A program made the position numbers and the translations under genes. From the NCBI RefSeq assembly GCF_964194025.1, contig NC_134468.1:46128001-46192000 (forward strand): 64,000 bases of DNA. The letters run 5' to 3'. The DNA is from Convolutriloba macropyga. Lineage: Eukaryota. A model generated the notes under the pieces. That model searched no databases and was not told the DNA's origin. It was given only the letters and a program-made list of their open reading frames with translations. Numbering within the stretch: position 1 is the first letter of the stretch; the number at the start of each line of letters is the position of its first letter. Positions 51,130 to 63,300 of this stretch are shown here, in pieces.

Positions 51130-51478
51130 TGGAAGGTTTCGTGGATGCCATACAAGAATTCTTGGTTGCCATACAAGATTTCTTGGATGCCATACAAGAG
51201 CCAGACCTGGATGCCATACAAGTTTTCTTGGATGCCATACAAGATTTCCTGGATGCCATACAAGAGCCATAGAGACCAAAAATGTTCTGTTTGGGGTTTA
51301 CCCTGTCTACTTTGTACGCCTATACCCTCCCCTCCATGGAATCGCTGAAACGCGAAAAAAAAATTTGTATAGAAAACTTGGCAACCATGGTAAGATCATG
51401 CAACGAAAATTTTGTATGGCGTGTATGGAACCACATATGGCTCTTGGATATGGTTGCCAAGAAAGGTCAACACGGGTT
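51130..51478. repeat. 21-bp tandem repeat (ggatgccatacaagatttc..) at the end of a MITE-like element
   Basis: About six copies of GGATGCCATACAAG at 51140-51270; region ends aacacggg. Confidence 0.7.
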
Positions 51479-53699
51479 GTTCTCTGAAATTTAGCGAATA
51501 ATTAAGTAGAAAATTTGACAACGGATTTACTGACCAGGTAGATATTTCTAGCGAAAGCTTTTCATATAATGAAATATCAATCTTTAGATATCAAAGTTAG
51601 ACATGTCAGCAAAAGCAGTCAACACACAACATGAAACTCAAAATTTATGGAATCAGAATCGTTTAGGCTGAATCAGTCCTTCCTCGTGAAAATTGGGCGC
51701 TAAATAATACCACATTGAACTAAATAACACCAAGTGGGGTTTTATCAATTTAATGGGGGTCTTTAATGGATGAGTTCAATAGTAGGGCTATTTAATGGCC
51801 TTTAACGGAAGGGATTGCGATTCAGGATTGTTTGTAGACTATATAATACTACAGCTCGTATAATGTATTGTATGCACATACATACAAGTCCTCAATTGGA
51901 ACCCATTCTGGTTTATCTAGTTCTGTGTGAACAGCTTGGCAGATGAAGTTCCTATCCACTTCTCCTGAACAAGGACAGGAGTACAGCTCAATGTCATCCA
52001 CGTGCCTCTCGATACATGAGCAGAATCCATTATCTGGACGTGTTTTATTATAGAATTCGTCAAAATCGAAGGCTTCATTTGCTCCCTCTGCTTTTCCAAC
52101 CCAACGATGACTCGCTGAGTCAAATCTGGAAAAAGTGCATATCGGATTTTTTTGAAAGGTACCACCATGGAATGTTACTTCGAAATGTCAAAAAATCTCA
52201 CCGTTTTTAAACAAAAGGTTTTAGCGGTTTTAGTTTACTGTTTGTTTAGCTGCTTCTCAAAATCTTTTTCGCAAAGATTTTTATACTCTACTCTATAGAC
52301 AAAATATTCAAAGTTTTCAGCGATTTTTAAACAGAAATTTGTTATAGCTATAAGATTAAAAGAGCAAACCGAGCAGAGGAAAATAAAAGTGGGAATGGTG
52401 TAAACCTTGCACCGAGGAAAAAACTGTTTTCTTGGCGACGAATGACATCAATCGAGTTCAGTTCTTGGGGACTGGATTCCATGACAAAGAAACCACCCAA
52501 AGAGAGGTTGCAGTAGTCCTCGGCATGTTGTATATTTGACACCAACACACTCTCATTCCACTGCATCCAATTTTGAAAGGATATTGTCCTGTTATTCGTG
52601 CACGGCTTGCCTGGAAATGAAAGCCCGTTTACCCTGCCCTTTGGCCCTTTTCTAATATAAAACTAATTAAAATTCCCAAACAGAGACATCAACTGCTCAA
52701 AAGAACTAAAAGGTCTGGCGAGGTNNNNNNNNNNNNNNNNNNNNNNNNNNNNNNNNNNNNNNNNNNNNNNNNNNNNNNNNNNNNNNNNNNNNNNNNNNNN
52801 NNNNNNNNNNNNNNNNNNNNNNNNNNNNNNNNNNNNNNNNNNNNNNNNNNNNNNNNNNNNNNNNNNNNAGAAGTGGAGTGACTAACTAATAACTGACTAA
52901 AATTACAAGGTGGAGCTTACTATACAAAGTGGAACAAACTTTGAGAAGCGAAGAATTGTTCAGCCTATGTAGATTTATCGTTGATTTATAGCCACAATCA
53001 GCCTCCCAACGGCTATTATTCAGCTGCTCTCCTTTTTTAACAATCCACAGATTTGCATTGTATTGGTGCGCTGTCCTTTTACGACTCGAAAAGGGGTACT
53101 GGTGGAGCGTCTTTTTGATCGGTAATTTTGTTGGAGTGTGTTTGAAACAAGTGAAATGTGTAAAGACAAAGTGTTTAAGGCAAATGGCTGAAGAGCAGAG
53201 AGAAAGAAGAGAGCGAGAAAGTTTTTGTGTTGGGTTTTTCAGAAAAAGCGAGAAAAATAGGTGCGGAAAAAATTTCGCTAAGCGAGCGACCTTTTTTATC
53301 ACGTGCGGCATTTTCTAAGCATTTTTTAGTAGTTTACATTCTAACTTTTTATGTCAGAGGTATATCTTTCAACTATCTAAATTTGTAGTCGTGCGGTGGA
53401 ATGAAATTTTGTTGATCTGAAGCTGAAAATAAACTTTTAGGTTCAATTTGGATTTATTTTTACAACTTTGCCACTATGAACGCATTTCTAGCAGTTTTGT
53501 ATTCTTCTCTAGATTTTATAGCAAGTTAGGCAAGTTCTGTAGTTCTAATTTGCCTTCTCAGTTGATTTGGCTGCATTTGATATGAATTTTGATGTGTTTT
53601 CGTTGAAAACAGTTGGGTTAATTTAAGCAAATTATGATAATTTTGTCTGTTTTTTTCAAGTTTTTTCGCAATTTTTTTCTGACTTAGAGCCTTTTGCTA

Positions 53700-56110
53700 A
53701 ATTTTTTCTTGTTCATTCTTTAGCTTTTGAGCTTTTTTCTATGTTTTGCTTCCAAAGGGAGCCATTGAAAGCTAGCTATAGCACTTTCCAGAGGGCACAA
53801 AAAATAAAAAAATTCTCTTTTCCATCCATTGCATTTAGCGCTGTTTAATATGTCTCTGCCAGGTATTGGGAAGGTAAATGCCTTAGCAGCAGCAATAAAT
53901 TTTTTTTCTTAAAATATTTGATGGGCAGTACAATTTTAAATTTGGGGTTAAGTTTTGTTCGTGTCTTTTGTAGAGTTTATTTTTTGGCGTTTTCCTTTCT
54001 TTCATTTCTCTTTCTGCGGTTTTCTCTATGAAACAATTGTTGTTGGATTTCTCTCGGTAGTCTTCAAGTAACCATAACTAATCGTACATCAAAGTTTTTA
54101 TCAATAGTTTTTTTTGGCGTAGCATTTTGTAATAAAGTTTTTAGCAGATGATTCATAAGTTTTTGTCAGATAGTTTTCCATTGTTATTGTTCCAACTTGA
54201 TTAATGAAATTAATTAGGAGCTTCGTTATGTTAGTTAGGTTTGTCAGTTTTATACTTTGAGCTGTTTCGGCTCTGATCTGTTCACACTTTTCTTTCGAAC
54301 TATTTATGTCAAGGAGAAGTCAATTTAGAAAGGCAATTACTTCTTAGATATGTTCTCTAATTGCACCTAGTAGCAATTGTTTGAATACCTGAGAATTTTG
54401 CTAATGCTTTTTTGGCTTTAAAAGCAATTGTTGTCCTTGAGTCCGCCTTTATTTGTGATTATTTTTGTGGTCTTTTCACTTAGTCTTGTCAATGGAAATT
54501 CTCATTAGTTGCTGCTGCAGCACAAAAGGGTCAAGTTACTACAACAATTTTTTTAACCTAACATTTGGATTTCATAGAAATATTAGCAAATTATTTTACA
54601 AAAATTTGCCTGTATGCATTGCGTTGTTCATTTTATCTTCAATTTATCTTATCAATCAGTGTCATTCAAGACAGACCTCGGATCTTGTTTGTTAGGCTTA
54701 GATGAAATTAATCAGTTTTTCAATTTCTTACCTACCGGCTTCTATATCTTTGGCACTATCCGTTTTCATTAGAAAAATTATATATTTTTTGAGTTTTGCC
54801 TGTATTTGTTGTACGTTTTGTTTTCTTGTCAGAAAACCCATTAATGAAACTACTCCTCAGTTATTACTGATGCATAAATGGCTTTTTAGTCACTTGAATG
54901 CATAACAATCGTTTTGATAACACAGATATTTTCTCAAAAATCTGGCGGAATTTTTAATTGTTACTGTTGCTGTTGCTTTTCGTGTCATTTTGTCGCTTTA
55001 TCCCAACGAAAACTGTTTTAATTGCCCTTTTAGTGCGAAATAATTTTTTAGATACTATTGTTGATGACCTAGATACCAATTGTTTTTTTTAGCATTTATA
55101 GTCAGTTTTTGAAACGCGCCCTTATTTTGTGTTGTTTTTGTAATTTTTAACCATATCGGATTTAAGCTGATGTTTCTCAATTTAAAAGTTGTACACTATG
55201 CTCTTGTAATCTTTATGATTTTGTTATATAGTTGTGTTTGTTTTCTGAGGCCACTAATTAGCAAAAAGATTCTGATTTAATGCAAAAATGGTTTTTGCGC
55301 TTTTTTGTACTCTGATTCTTATCCGTTTTGGCATTCTTATTGTATGATGTACGCAATTTCAAGATGTGTAGTGTAAATAGTACATTAAAGTGTCATTAGG
55401 GTGGAATGTCATTAGGGTGATTCTTACTACTTTAGTTTTTGTAGAAACTAATTGAAATTTTGTTCTTCTTCTGTATTTAATGTTACATGCCTTGCTGACA
55501 AAAAATTTTCTGGTACTTGAATAAGCTATTTAGATCATCGTTTCATTGGACTGTAGTTCAGGATCTGTCCTCGTATGTTTTTTTTATATTGCTTCAAGTT
55601 TCGTTCACGTTTTATTTTCACATAATTCACGACTTTCACGTTTGGCTTCTAACTCGCCTCAGTCACTGTTTCAAGTGTATACGTTTCAAATTCGTTCCCT
55701 CATTGAATTAGGCATTGCAGAGAATGCGGTTAGAGTCAGTAGAGCAAATTCATAAGTGACAGATAAATCGATAAAGCTTCGGTAATTGAGTCACAGTACA
55801 TTAAGATATCAGACTTCATTAGAGCAATTGCTAGCTGGCATTTGTTGTAAACTTAATAGCTTCCACTTTAGAAACGGAATTAATTATGATTATAGAATCT
55901 TACTGAAGTTGAAAGTGAACGACATAATAGAAAGTTTTAGAAACAAAGTCTCCAAAATTTTTATCTCTTCTTGTTTCTTTTCCTGTTTTGATCTCGTGTA
56001 GCGTTAAGCGTTTCAATGGCAGCTTTATTCCGGGCAGTTTTACCGCTATGCCATTGTTTCGAAGGATAACTCGAGAAGTTCAACGAAAAACGCAATACCA
56101 AAACTCAAAT
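53700..56110 (-). mobile_element. Highly decayed CR1/L2-like LINE
   Basis: Faint minus-strand motifs: GFGIAFFV (APE-like), LLG before the thumb region, PSQYL and F.GSLW 3'-end motifs. Confidence 0.4.
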
Positions 56111-57472
56111 ACAAATTTCAGTATTTACAAAAATAAAAAAAGAACAATAATTGAGCAAATATAGTAGCAAACTGACATTTAAGCGAAATAACGTTTAGAT
56201 CAATGTTCCTAAAAATAAAGTTTCCTTTTGTTTTGGTGAACGTTTTCCCTTCTCTCAGTCTTCATTTTTTGGTTAATTGAAAATGTATTTTTCTAATGCA
56301 AACCTTCGAAAATTCCTTAATTGAGTTTGAAAATAATCAATCATGCGTCTATTTGCTCGGTTTCGGCTTTCAATGATGGATCAAAGGACGAGTGTTAGTA
56401 ATTTTTATTTTAATCGATTTTAATAATTTTCTCCTATAATTTCGGATAAAATAGCAATATGAAACTACTGATTAATTTCATTTCTCGTATACCACGACAA
56501 TAAAGGTTGTTTTGAGCCCACTATTGTGCTGTAACGTTTTCAATTCAAAAAATCTTTAACTAAAGAACAATCAATTTTCCCACCACAGCGCATTTTTTTG
56601 CTTGATATCTCTACATCAACTGAAGACAACACGAAATTAATTTTGTAGGATAAACTCATCTCAAATTATATTTTTGATGACCAAAATTGTCACAATACTA
56701 GTACAGAAACAGGTCACGCACTTTTTCAGCTAAACTTTTCTAACAAAGATTAAGAAAAGAGCGCTACATAATGGTTGGCATTGTAGCGCGTCTACCAGTT
56801 TATCGGACAAAAACCTTAAAGAATTTCATTTTTATGGTTCTTTTGTGATAATTTCCGGAAAATAGGATGTAGAAACGTTTTTCTCACAACATATAAGTTT
56901 AATAAAGAAGAAATAATTAATTACATATTATATAAAATGTAATTAGTTTTCAAATTTTTATTATCAACGGTGAACGAAAGGAGTCTTTTTCTAACGGTTC
57001 TACTGTTCGTATAGAGGAGTGGAAAATGGCATAAAGCAGTTGCGCAAACAAGTGTGTTCTTTCTGATGAATCATCGCTTTTCATTGAAAATCCCCTCGTA
57101 TTCGCACTCAATACAAAGACTGTAATAAGAGTTTAGTTACAAGCGTAATTACAGTGCATTTTTTAACCAATTCATTATGACGCTCTTGTCCCCAGTATCT
57201 AAGAGCGGAATCGGCTTTAAATACTAATCTCTGCTATCGAGTGGTGAATTAAGTGTGGAACCTCGAGCCGGGTTTCTAGATCTTTGCAATCTGCTCTCGA
57301 ATTGTGACGCCCTAGAGATTTTAAACTATGAAAACCTATAATATATTTTTGTTGTTTAAGATAAAAATTCATCCCTTTTCATTGTGAAAACAACCAAATA
57401 AGCTGTAAAATGAGATGCTGTAAAAATTTGAGGTTCCAAATAATTAAGAGTGCGTGACAAGGACGATGAAAG

Positions 57473-57895
57473 TCAAATTTCGCTTTTAAGTTTTCACGAA
57501 ATTTCCTCTAGTAGCTAGTAGGTCCTCAATTTTAGCCACGCGTTGTTTTCGTATACCATTGAAAAGCAAAACTTAACATCTCATCAGCATTAAAATACTT
57601 AAAAAATGAGGACTTCAGTGCAGTAGCAAGCCGATGTTTATCCATATGTAATAATATGCTTGTTTGGGAATGTCAGATTAGACTCTAATCTGACATTCCC
57701 AAACAAGCATATTATTACATATGGATAAACATCGGCTTGCTACTGCACTAAAGTCCTCATTTTTTAAGTATTTTTAATGCTGGTAAGATGTTCAGTTTTG
57801 CTTTTCAATGGTATACGAAAAACTCGACGTGGCTAAAATTGAGGACCTACTACCTACCAGAGGAAATTTCTTGAAACCTTAAAAGCGAAATTTGA
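57473..57895. repeat. ~423-bp near-perfect palindrome with 1-nt centre (57683)
   Basis: ...tgtttgggaatgtcagattaga-c-tctaatctgacattcccaaaca...; arms ~210 bp, from tcaaatttcgcttttaag to cttaaaagcgaaatttga. Confidence 0.95.
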
Positions 57896-58433
57896 TTCTA
57901 TTTGAAGGCCACGCAATGCAACTAACATCATGCCTATGATGTATTAAAACTGTTGATAAGATAAGAATTGTTTTTAGAATTTAGAAACTTAGTTGTGGCT
58001 ATAGTATTTTTACAATTGTTCGGGGGTTTATGTCTATTTTTGCACGAAATTAATTTTTGCCTCCGAATTTACCGAATTGAACAACTTTGAAAATTGCACA
58101 ACTCTTCCAATGGGCACTTGGAAGCGAACCAGATAGGTTCAACTTCGTCCTGGTAGCGTCCATTTTGTCTGATGTATTTGTTTTTAAACTTTTAAATGGT
58201 ACCGTTTCTCTATTCTGAACAATTTATTATTATTAGGTTATCCAAAAAAATTTTGAACGGGAAAAAAATCACGTGTATGATCATTATATCTTTTTGTAAA
58301 ATTCATCAAAGATATCTGCAAATATATGTTTCAGAATGGGATGGAGTGTCAGAGCTTGTACGTATCACACAGTTTACATTTTTTGCTCTTATTCGCAAAC
58401 TATTAAGAAATCGGGTGTAAACTCAGTAAAAAC

Positions 58434-58824
58434 TGTAGTTCGAGGATTCAATTCGCTTTTTCGACATATAGACAGCATAACAACGTGTAAGCATTATCGG
58501 TGTACAAAGCAACAAGTGGAACTTAGACGGCAAGATTTTTTGATGCTCATTTAACAGGTTTTTTCGTCTGATGTCATTGACGTCAAAATCAGTTCGTATT
58601 CGATCGGCAATAGTCTAGAAAACCTAAAAATATTAAGCCGAAAACCAGCTTAATCGATACATATAGTGGTTATATTTACTTAAAATTAGGTTAAATGAAC
58701 TTTTTCGGAACTTTCTATGTATATTAGAACGTTTTATACGCATTTAAATCTTATTCTATACGCTTTTAAAATACTCGAATCTGATTGGTTAATAATATCT
58801 CGCTTACTTATTTACTTCGTAACA
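58434..58824 (-). mobile_element. BEL/Pao 3' LTR (left boundary approximate)
   Basis: On the minus strand, PPT-like CCGGAGGA is followed by TGTTACG at 58824; candidate ...AACTACA end at 58434. The 5' LTR is outside the window, so the boundary cannot be confirmed. Confidence 0.6.
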
Positions 58825-60362
58825 TCCTCCGGCCCGGAAGAAGATGTTGGGAAAACTGGTACAAGTTTTACAAGCGGGCGGACGAGCGAACCGGTCGACG
58901 TACGTAAAACGGCGGAGCGCGCGACGCTATCGGAGCCGTAACGGAGTTCCACAATCCGAGCGGTTGGGTAGTAACCCCTAGGGTTGGTTTCTTCAACTAT
59001 CCAAACCAAGTCACCGGTCTTAAGGTGTTGCTCGGCAGGCGTCTGCCACTTAGAGCGTCGGTTCAGCGTCGGTACGTACTCTTTGATCCAACGGGACCAG
59101 ATCGCATTAGCGTATGACTGCGCACGGGCGTAACGTTTACGATGGTCGAACTCATTATTGCCGATAACAGGCGGAATACCGGTAGAGTGTTCTCCTAAAA
59201 GAAAGTGGTTGGGCGTTAAAGCGTTCAAATCGCACGGATCAGCGCTTACGGGTGTTAAAGGACGCGAATTGAGCGCATTCTCCACGAGACAAAAGGTAGT
59301 ATGCAGTACCTCATCCGTGAGGCGACGCGTGCCAAGAATAGTATACAACACGCGCTTGAAGCTGCGTACCAACCTCTCCCAGATACCACCTTGATGTGGT
59401 GCGCTGGGTGGATTGAATCTCCACTTAATACCTTTGTGAGCGAGCTCAGCTGCAATGTTGACAACGTTCCACTTTTCAATACTTTCTCGGAGTTCTTTCT
59501 CTGCTCCAATAAAGTTAGTGCCATTGTCCGACCAAATCATGGCAGGTGTACCCCTTCGTGACACAAACCGCTCAACTCCCATAACACAAGAACTGGTGTC
59601 CAGGGATGTAACTATCTCGACATGGACAGCGCGAGTAGTGAGACAGGTGAAAAGGAAGCCCCACCTTTTCTCAGTAGTACGGCGGACAGAAACATAGAAT
59701 GGCCCAAAGTAGTCAACGCCAGTGTTCGTGAAGGGAGGAGACTGGTAAGCAAGTCTCTCCTTAGGTAAGTCAGACATGATTGGTTGCATGGTTACAGCTT
59801 GGAATTCTCGGCATCTCAGGCAGTGTGCTTTGATGGAACGCAAGGATGATCTTAGTTTCAGTACTGTGTAGTGTTCCTGCACAATTGATCTTAGGTATTC
59901 AACGCCCTGATGATAATGCTTTACGTGCGTGTGTTCAAGGAACAGTTTTACAAACGGATGATGTGCATCTAAGATGATTGGGTACTTTACGTTAAACCCA
60001 ACTTCGATTAACCGCTTGATGCGGCCCGTGGAACGAATTAGCCCATTTGGACTAATAAACGGTGAATGTGGAGCAATTCGGCTACTCCGTTTAACGAATT
60101 TATTGTCAAGAAGATCTTTTCTTTCGGCTTCAAAAGACTCTCCTTGCACCAAGTACTGTAGATGACGCTCGGCTTCGTCAAGCTCAGTAGGGTCAGTAAT
60201 GCTACCATCGGGGTTACGGTAGCCGGCATGTTTCGGCAAAAGACGGAGAACGTATGCGGCAATGCGCAAGTACTTTTGATAAGAACTAAACTTATCAAAT
60301 GGGAATAACGACGGAACGGGAATTGTCTGTTTTTTAACAGATGTAGCGAGAGAGACAGTGTC
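58812..60362 (-). CDS. BEL/Pao polyprotein, integrase portion (in frame with upstream ORF)
   Basis: HHCC zinc finger (HVKHYH...CLRC), GVDYFGP, CLTTRAVH, SDNGTNF, PHQGGIWERLV, LTPNHFL, RPLVKL; reads into the 3' LTR. Confidence 0.95.
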   Translation of the reverse strand, partial: DTVSLATSVKKQTIPVPSLFPFDKFSSYQKYLRIAAYVLRLLPKHAGYRNPDGSITDPTELDEAERHLQYLVQGESFEAERKDLLDNKFVKRSSRIAPHSPFISPNGLIRSTGRIKRLIEVGFNVKYPIILDAHHPFVKLFLEHTHVKHYHQGVEYLRSIVQEHYTVLKLRSSLRSIKAHCLRCREFQAVTMQPIMSDLPKERLAYQSPPFTNTGVDYFGPFYVSVRRTTEKRWGFLFTCLTTRAVHVEIVTSLDTSSCVMGVERFVSRRGTPAMIWSDNGTNFIGAEKELRESIEKWNVVNIAAELAHKGIKWRFNPPSAPHQGGIWERLVRSFKRVLYTILGTRRLTDEVLHTTFCLVENALNSRPLTPVSADPCDLNALTPNHFLLGEHSTGIPPVIGNNEFDHRKRYARAQSYANAIWSRWIKEYVPTLNRRSKWQTPAEQHLKTGDLVWIVEETNPRGYYPTARIVELRYGSDSVARSAVLRTSTGSLVRPLVKLVPVFPTSSSGPEDVTK

Positions 60363-63300
60363 TTATATGATGGCTGCTTGGTTGACGCCAAGTTTGATGT
60401 TATTAATGACGTCTTTGTTCGGTACGAAAGGGAAACTTGAGTTGGATAAGAAATGTGGACCATTGACCCAACTGCTTAGTTGCAAAACCTCAGCGGACAT
60501 TCCACGCGTGCCAGCGTCAGCTGGATTATCCTTAGTTGCGACGTGGTTCCATTGGTCAACGCTGGTATACTCCAAAATTTCACAAACGCGGTTTGCAACA
60601 AAGATTGGTTGCTTTTCATTAGAGTTTATCCACTGAAGAACGGTCGTGCTGTCTGTCCACATGAATACATGGTTAACAGTTACAGTAAGTGCCTGAATAA
60701 TTTCGTTCTTCAGCCGAGCGGCAAGTAGAGCTGCTTGCAATTCCAGTTTAGGGACAGTCATTACTTTCATTGGCGCCACGCGCGCTTTCCCCAAAACAAA
60801 CGCAAGCTCTGTTTTTATCTTGCCCGTAGGGGTTGTTACTCGGGCTCGAAGAAAAGCGACGGCACTAAAAATATCCTGGGAACTGTCACCGAACATATGC
60901 AACTCTGTATTATGAAAGGGTCCACTAAAGTAACTTCGAGGAATTTTGATGTTTTCAAGCTTTGGTAAGTCAGCACTCCAGACCAAAAATCTTTGAACCA
61001 TGTCCTGTGGGAGCTCGTCATCCCATTGTTGTCCCGTGACACGCCAGATGTCTTTTAAGAGCAATCGCGCACCGACGGTAAACGGTGCGACAAGACCAAT
61101 GGGGTCAAAGACTTTCGAGACAAGACTTAGGACCAAGCGTTGCGTGAGGAACTTGGTGATAGCGCAGCTTGTACCCCTACTTACAACTAAAGTGTCATTA
61201 GTGTGATCCCACTTTAACCCTAGCACATGCGATGAATCCTCCTGACATGAAACAATAACCTTGGGCTCAGTAGATTGAGGCGAACCATCAATTCGATCAG
61301 CCAGATTTTGCACATTGCTTACAAACTTTGTAAGCTTGAACCCACCGAGATGGAGAAGATGTACCAATTCCTTCGATCTATTGATGGCTTTCTCTGGAGA
61401 CTCCACTGAGTCAAGATAATCGTCCATGTAGAAGTTTTCAAGGACGGCTTTTGCAGCTTCGGGGTAAAACTTGGCATTGTCTCTCGCAGTGCGTTGTAAT
61501 GCATAGTTGGCGCATGTGGGCGAGTCTTTAGCCCCGAATATATGGCGCGTATATTGATACACTACAACGTTAGTTGTGGGGTCCTCCCGCCACAGAAAGC
61601 GAAGTGATGGTTGATCTGAAGGTAACACGCCAACCTGTAGAAACATTCCCTCGATGTCGGCGGAGACGGCATATGGATGTTGTCGGAAGCGAAGAAGTAC
61701 GTAAATAAGATTTTGGAGCAGATCAGGGCCAGTGAGCAAAGATTTATTCAGTGAGGCGCCATGAAATTTTGCTGCTCCATTGAGCACCCTACGCACCTTA
61801 CCTGGTTTGTTCGGGTTTAAAACCGGATGGTGGGGTAGGTACCACTCTTTATCAGACCGGCTCTCAACCTTGTGAGCATCCGGAACCTCAATTACATACC
61901 CCTTATTTAGGTCTTCCTTGATGGTACTAGTATACTTCTCTCTGAGGTCTTCATCCTTGGCCAAACGTTTTTCGAGCGATTTTAGTTGCACAAGGGAGGA
62001 GAAGTAATTATTTGGGAGCTGAATGTTGTCTGCTGCCCACAGCATTCCGACATCGTATCTCAGGCCATTGTGTATGGTGGTACTTTCAAGAATTTCGTGA
62101 GCCCTTGCGTCTGCTGCAGATCTTGAGTCTACCTGCTTGTTTGCTCCGAATGATTCAATGTCGTACCATGACTTTACTTGACTTGCTAACTCATTGTCAT
62201 GTTCGATATTCACTTTAAAGCACGTTGAGGTTAAACAAGAACTTGATGGTAACGGACCGCTTAAGACCCAACCTATGGGTAAGCGTACGGCAACGTGTGA
62301 ACGCTTCTCATCGGCAGAGAAGTATTCTAACGGGCGGATGGCGTGATAGACATCTTGTCCGAGTATCATCTCAATGTCTTTATAGGAATATGTCACGGGA
62401 TCAAGGACTGCTAAGTGTGGGTAAGTCTCCTGCAGGGCCTGTACATTAATTATATCAGAGCCGACGTTCAGACTCTCTTTAACGAAAGGGTTGATGGTAA
62501 ATGGTTCGAAATCTTGATGTTCTCTTGGTTTCACAGTGACTTCAACAATCCTAGTGTCGACTACTTCTTCGGTATTAATACCTTTGACAGTTAGCTTTAG
62601 TGATTTACCGTGCAAACCGAGTCTATCTGCGAGACTACCGGCCACCCAAGAGTTACTGCAGGCGGTATCACACAATACTAAAGCCTTGGTATCTAAACCG
62701 GACGAATTGACCAACTGCAATTCAGTCACCTGAAGAAGCCCCTTAACATCAGTAACAGATGACATTGTTGTGGTCTTATTAGGCTGGAGTTGACTAGAAG
62801 CTGCTTTACTTTGCCCTGTGTTGCCAGAAGGTTGAATGGCATTGGAATTTGTCGACTGTTTTGTTGGGAAAACCCTATCTGCTCCATGCAATAGTGTGTT
62901 ATGCGAACTATTGCACCCTTCTGCTCGGCACTTTCTTGGTTGAGGGCACTGGCGGAATGTGTGCTTGTCCCGTAAGCACGAAAAGCAAAGTTTATTATCT
63001 GCCACCAACTTAGCTCTCTGGGTTGGAGTCTTTTCCTTGAAAACTCGACACTCCCATAGCCGGTGGTTACCTTTGCATACAATGCAGCGAGAGTAAGTGT
63101 TTGTGGAAGAAGATGGCATTTGCTTCTTTGTTTCCCTTTGTTGTGAATTTGATGCAAACACTTTTGAGGCTGTTTTGGTCTTGGTTACTGAAGTGCTGTT
63201 ATCTTCAGGCCTTGCCTTGGTTGCGCTTTGTTTCATAAGATCGTGGGCCTCAGCCTTTTCTTTAAGCCAGTCGTTAAAGTCAAGGAGGGTAGGCTTAACC

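Noticed and set aside
51850-52660. GC-richer, coding-looking stretch (ORFs 51917-52168, 52348-52566)
   Set aside because: No motif I could recognise and no consistent splice pattern; would need a BLASTX.
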